From: Stylophora pistillata
Lineage: Eukaryota
Assembly (NCBI RefSeq): GCF_002571385.2
Contig: NW_019218058.1
Span: forward strand, 207,193 to 271,192
Direction of reading: 5' to 3'
DNA: 64,000 nt
Shown here: in pieces, positions 63,290 through 64,000 of the stretch
How positions within the stretch are numbered: position 1 is the first letter of the stretch
Layout of the letters: each line of letters begins with the position of its first letter
Program-made: the position numbers and the translations under genes
Notes under the pieces: generated by a model
What the model was told of the DNA's origin: nothing
Seen by the model: only the letters and a program-made list of their open reading frames with translations
Database searches by the model: none

Positions 63290-64000
63290 TGTAGCGGCCG
63301 ACACAAGCGAAGCAAAATTTCGACGACAACTATGAGTTTCGCAAATGAAGACACACTATGAAGCGAGGATATATTTTACGGACAAGCCTTGAATCGTTTT
63401 ATTTAACGTAGTCGTGGTATCCAAGTACTTATCGTAAACTGAAATATGAATTTATAAGGAAGAAGCTAAGCTAAATGCGAATAGACAAACCAACATTCCA
63501 AACATTCCGATATAAAGGCAAGATGCAAAGCTAGCTAAAAACTCAAACAAACTCACAAAAAAAAACTATATATAAGCTCAAGGAAAGGAACATTAGCACT
63601 TACATAACAGTCCCGCTTGTAAGAATCGAACCAAAACGAACTTCAATATAAGTTAGGTATTCGGAAGCGAAACGGGAAATCCAAACAGACACTTACTCTA
63701 ACACAGAAAACTGTAGTCTTACGGCAAACGACAACAACCAAACGATAAACGAAAAAACTTCAACTACTCTTCTCTAAAAATCGCACACGTCAACATTAAA
63801 AAAGAGTCCGCGTGATTTGCTTACGAGATTACTTCGTAACCTCAAAGCACGCGCACGCAAGTCGCGCGCGCACAAGTTTGTTAACGTCTTCTTAACAGCA
63901 GGCAAAAAGCGTGGCAGCTGTTACATTTGTCTAATAGTATTGGTTAACCAGGGCAGATTCCATCTACTACCAAGAGTCTTTTGTGGAATATGCTTTTTGA

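Noticed and set aside
62828-63361. ORFs spanning the N gap
   Set aside because: Artefacts of N translation; only the LINE C-terminus is real.
63290-63900. Possible 5' end of the LINE beyond the gap
   Set aside because: No recognisable ORF1 or TSD; it cannot be linked across the gap.

Overview
Eukaryotic, AT-rich genomic DNA with GT-AG introns. The repeat families and gene types suggest a cnidarian, most likely a stony coral (inference). Contents: (1) the 5' part of a C2H2 zinc-finger gene on the minus strand, running off the left edge. (2) A ~42-kb tandem array (12159-53684) of two-pore-domain K+ channel (K2P) genes, all on the minus strand: 8 intact two-exon genes of 305-335 aa plus two complementary pseudogene fragments. 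In every copy a phase-1 intron splits the first selectivity filter, and pore helix 1 is unusually rewired. (3) Two damaged intronless class-A GPCR genes plus two eroded GPCR relics on the plus strand, which appear to have been co-duplicated with the last K2P units. (4) Many mobile elements: nested Penelope-like retroelements (PLEs) with minimal hammerhead ribozymes (HHRs), small TSD-flanked elements that start or fold back at the HHR, tRNA-derived SINEs, Harbinger-, pogo-, hAT- and Crypton-type non-autonomous DNA elements, and a LINE 3' end next to an assembly gap. The two most notable observations are the K2P array with its co-varying behind-the-filter residues and the hammerhead-bounded mini-retroelements.
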